A DNA stretch of 64,000 nucleotides. Origin: Blastocystis sp. Blastoise (Eukaryota; Protista; Bigyra: Opalinata). Below the pieces are notes generated by a model, which worked only from the letters and a program-made list of their open reading frames with translations, was not told the origin of the DNA and did not search any database. Shown piece after piece: positions 59,890 through 64,000 of the stretch; position 1 is the stretch's first letter, and each line of letters opens with the position of its first letter. The stretch covers positions 372,001 to 436,000 of the forward strand of contig JBBPEB010000029.1 of NCBI GenBank assembly GCA_039096225.1, given 5' to 3'. The position numbers and the translations under genes were made by a program.

Positions 59890-60498
59890 ATGTCTCACGA
59901 AGCTGCTGAAGTATTTATATATTTTAAGATTGTTTTAAATCCATATAGGCTATTAAAGAAAGAGGTAATCAAAGATTACGAGATGGCAATTACTCTTCTG
60001 CTGAATTATTATATACAGAAGCTATTGATTTAGAACCATCTAATGCAAAGTATTACAGTAATCGTTGTACAGCTAGAATTCATTTAAAGAAATTTGACGA
60101 AGCGTTAGAGGATGCTGAGAATATTATTAAGAATGATCCTAATTGGATTAAAGGATATATTCAAAAAGGTTCTGTATTAATGACTTTACATCGTTATGAT
60201 GAAGCTATTAGTACATTCGAAAAAGCGAATCAGATTGAGCCTAATAATGAAACTGCAAAATCACTCTATGAAAAAGTTAAATCAATGGTATATATTATTT
60301 ATTGTGTATTTTATATTTTTATTTTTATTTTTGTATTATTTTTAATTATTTTTATATTATTTTTATATTATTTTTATATAGAAGGAAACTACTTCATCTG
60401 ATTCTACCAATCTACGTCATTTTCTTATTGGTACAAAGGAGAACACCGTACAAACAATTGTGAATGCGTCAAGAATCATCATTCTTATTCTATTTGTA

Positions 60499-60573
<75 letters not shown>

Positions 60574-60841
60574 GATATCTTTATTACTTCCAATATTTAA
60601 ATTTCAGAGATCACCAACTATATACCCAATTATATTATTCTTTTATATTATAATTACTATTGCTTCTGTTCTTTATGCTTATGGTAACATTCAATTTAAT
60701 ATGACTTATCTTACACGTGTCATGAGGGATGGTCACGTGATGTATGTTTATTATCTCCTTCTGTTTATCACTTTTAAACGTACTCCTCTTGCCTTATTCC
60801 CTGTATATATATATTATTATTATTATTATTATTATTATTTA

Positions 60842-60883
<42 letters not shown>

Positions 60884-60904
60884 CTACATTATTATTATTA
60901 TCTA

Positions 60905-60965
<61 letters not shown>

Positions 60966-61305
60966 GATTATATTATCTGAAAGTCGCTATTTGTTAACGT
61001 GGTTTATTCGACTTTTGTCCTATATTTCTGTTAGTACTTCTAACAAATTAATAGAAGTTTTATCATCTATTGTTCCGCGATTACTTCAAGTACCTAATTT
61101 TAATTCTCTCTCTGATAATGAGAAATGGTCCTGTGTATATACATATACTTCTACTCTTTGTTGTCTCTGGGAAATCATCATGATTGTTCCAATAACCGCG
61201 GGAATATTCAAGGGAATAAGAGGCATAATGCTAGTAGTAATTTATATTAATTATTTAATGAGCAGATCTATTCAAGATGCATATATGACGGTATATATAT
61301 ATATA

Positions 61306-61398
<93 letters not shown>

Positions 61399-61626
61399 GA
61401 ATGCTATGCGTACGATTGATGCAGCCATCACTACTTTGGTTTCCAGATTACCTGCTTTTATTCGTATATTATATATATATATATTAAAATGTTGTATAAA
61501 TAATACTAATATATTAATAAAAATATATAAATAATGCTAATATATATAATATAATATATAGGTAATATATATTATAAGATGCGTACAGTTATTGTTCGTA
61601 TGTATACACAACGCCGTGGATATTAA
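59890..61626 (+). CDS. TPR-domain protein fused to a TMEM33/Pom33-like membrane domain, 6 introns
   Basis: STI1-type TPRs (KERGNQ..YTEAIDLEPSNAKYYSNR..ALEDA..PNWIKGY). Then a multi-TM region with YLTRVMRDGHVMYVYY and YINYLMSR..MRTID, resembling TMEM33. Confidence 0.7.
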
Positions 61627-62007
61627 GATATACATATATGTATTTATATGTATCTATTATTTATATAATTGTCGTTTTATCTACTTTCTATGAGTTTTCA
61701 ATAACCTAAAATAATAATATATATATGTTTATATATGTTAACACTTTTCCTCTTTTTTTATTATAACCGTAACCAAAGTTACATTAAAAATAGTTTTCTT
61801 TTAGTTATTTATGTGTTTAGTTATTATTATGTTATTATTATATGAAATCATGAATACAAATCATATATTACAACTATTTATATTATGAGCAAAACTAAAA
61901 TGATATGAAAGTGATGTTTTTATTATAAAATATATATATATATCTAAAAAAAAATTAAATAAATGTTCTATATATTAATAATAATATAAAAATATATAAA
62001 ATTATAA

Positions 62008-62778
62008 TTAATTTCCTCTTGGTTTTAATACGGATATATACCAAGGATTCTTCACAATATAACAGAATGTATATATAAGGAAAAGAGTAATAAATACTAA
62101 AACAGCAGTATTAATATATTCTCCTTTATTTTCTTTACCAGGCTATATATATATGTTATATATATATTATTATTATTATTATATAAATTATATATACTTT
62201 AGCTCCAAATTCAATGAGATATAATACAGCCATACAACAAGCAATATCTATATATATATATATAAGTTATGATTATTATGATTATTATTATGATTATTAT
62301 GATTATTATATATATATACTTAGTACACCCGTAATAAGTCCTTCTAGGACGAATTGTCCCTGGCCATTTCTACTGAATACTTCGCATCCCTGTTGAGTAC
62401 AATACATAAATGGAGGCTCTTTAATAATATCATAGATAAGACCTGACACTGCAAGGGCATATCTATTTATATAGTTATATACATAGTTATATATATAGTT
62501 ATATACATAGTTATATATATAGAGAGAAATAAAATGTTATTTCATATATATATATCATTATTTAAAAACATTGTAATAATATTAATTTTAAATATATATA
62601 TATATATAATAATGAATAATATATACACCATTAAGCAAAGAACTAAATAATAGAATTTATGGCCCACAATCTTATATATATTTTCAGCTTTAAATAAATA
62701 GAGATAAGCAGCCAAAGGGAGCCCAAATATAAATACACAACTGATAATAACCTGAGGCCAAGGGAAACGATATATAGG

Positions 62779-62810
<32 letters not shown>

Positions 62811-62904
62811 TTAGTATTATTGAATAAACTAATAATAATAATAATAATATCTCAAATAATAATAATATCTCAAATAAGAATAATAATAGATGTATTTATA
62901 AAAC

Positions 62905-62939
<35 letters not shown>

Positions 62940-63554
62940 TAAGAGCCAATTTACTACGAATAAAAGAGGCATAATGTTCTGCTCTTAAGGCGCCTTCGAC
63001 GTTGTGATTCATCATATTATCTTCAGGAAGCTATATATATATATATAGAATATAAAAGATTGAATATAGAATATATATAATAAATACTATATAATAAATA
63101 CTATATAATATAATTTATTTATAATAATAAAAATATAAAATAAAAAATATAAATATACTTTCTTATTAATATGAAGAGTACGAGGAATAAAAGCAAAGTT
63201 AGGAATACTTTCAAATTCATGATATTTAAATACACGAGGAGCATTCTCATGTAATACACGAATAAATAAAATATTATTTTCAGGATTTTCCATTTTATCA
63301 TAGCAAGAAGCTAATAAATTAAATTCGGTGTTTGAGTTTCTACAAGTACCACAATGATAACGAGAAGATAAAACAGTATAAAGAACAAACGCATCAAAAT
63401 CTCTTCTTTGTCTTAAAATATATTCTTGATATTGATCATCATTTAATGTGACAATACCATTCTTTTTTAATTTACTCAAAGTTTCAAAATTTGAAGAAGC
63501 AGTAGCTTGACATAAAATTAAGCTTGCAATTATAAACAAAGAAAGACGAAACAT
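62008..63554 (-). CDS. Oligosaccharyltransferase OST3/OST6 (MAGT1/TUSC3-like) subunit, 5 introns
   Basis: Signal peptide, thioredoxin-like CGTC, SGFIYDII..PP, QFVLEG and C-terminal KNPWY. Confidence 0.88.
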
Positions 63555-63917
63555 GGTTCTATAGATAGTTTATAAATAGAACATCTATAAAATAAAACAA
63601 ACGTACATTATATCTTCTCTTGTAGATACGATAACAACGATATAATCTATCAATAGTCTTTTAATAAAAACATATCACATTCTTTAATGATTTTCATGGG
63701 AAATTGAAAAGAGACAAAAACACAGCGATTCTTGCAGACTAGAAGTTCATGAAGAATCCCACGGGAATACACGTCGAACAAGAAGAATTTTCGTTTTCTC
63801 TCAAGAATTCAGCGAGTTCTTATTCTTTTTTCTGTTTCTTTAATTATTATTTCTGTTTATATCAATTTCATTTTCTATTTTACTGTTTATAATACCTTGT
63901 TGATTTAAAAAAATAAA

Positions 63918-64000
63918 ATGTCATCGGAATACGAAACATCTCAATCAAATGAGAAAGAAGAAGATAAAGAGAATCTTCTCGAGTGTAACATATGTTATGA
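63918..64000 (+). CDS. Start of RING-finger E3 ligase (RNF5/RMA-like), truncated by window end
   Basis: MSSEYETSQSNEKEEDKENLLECNICY; only the first CxxC is visible. Confidence 0.55.
   Translation, partial: MSSEYETSQSNEKEEDKENLLECNICY

Overview
Very AT-rich, gene-dense eukaryotic (protist) DNA with about 21 intron-rich protein-coding genes. No rRNA, tRNA, CRISPR array or intact mobile element was seen. A large He_PIG/Ig-repeat Cys-rich secreted protein, a bacterial-type ROK kinase and tiny 5' introns suggest an AT-rich Blastocystis-like stramenopile (inference). Genes rebuilt by hand-splicing: CDC40/PRP17 (partial), DONSON-like, ROK sugar kinase, PCF11, a coiled-coil pseudokinase, the Ig-repeat protein, an ABCC transporter, RAD51, TAF7, TRAPPC2, a Ser-rich unknown, an S1/P1 nuclease, a DHHC palmitoyltransferase, a TFIIS-like protein, a HEAT-repeat protein, RPS10, RPF2, an MFS transporter, a TPR-TMEM33-like protein, OST3/6 and a RING E3 (partial). 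The most striking feature is splicing. Of roughly 135 introns counted by hand, most are microsatellite-filled and read GTATAT...TATATAG with no visible branch point. At least seven introns needed to restore conserved reading frames lack a GT/GC donor (TT-AG, AT-AG, GA-AG), one appears to lack an AG acceptor, and U12-type AT-AC introns coexist with them. Assembly error next to TA repeats is the main alternative explanation and must be excluded with raw reads and RNA-seq. Most short poly-I/Y/L ORFs in the supplied track are translations of intronic microsatellites.
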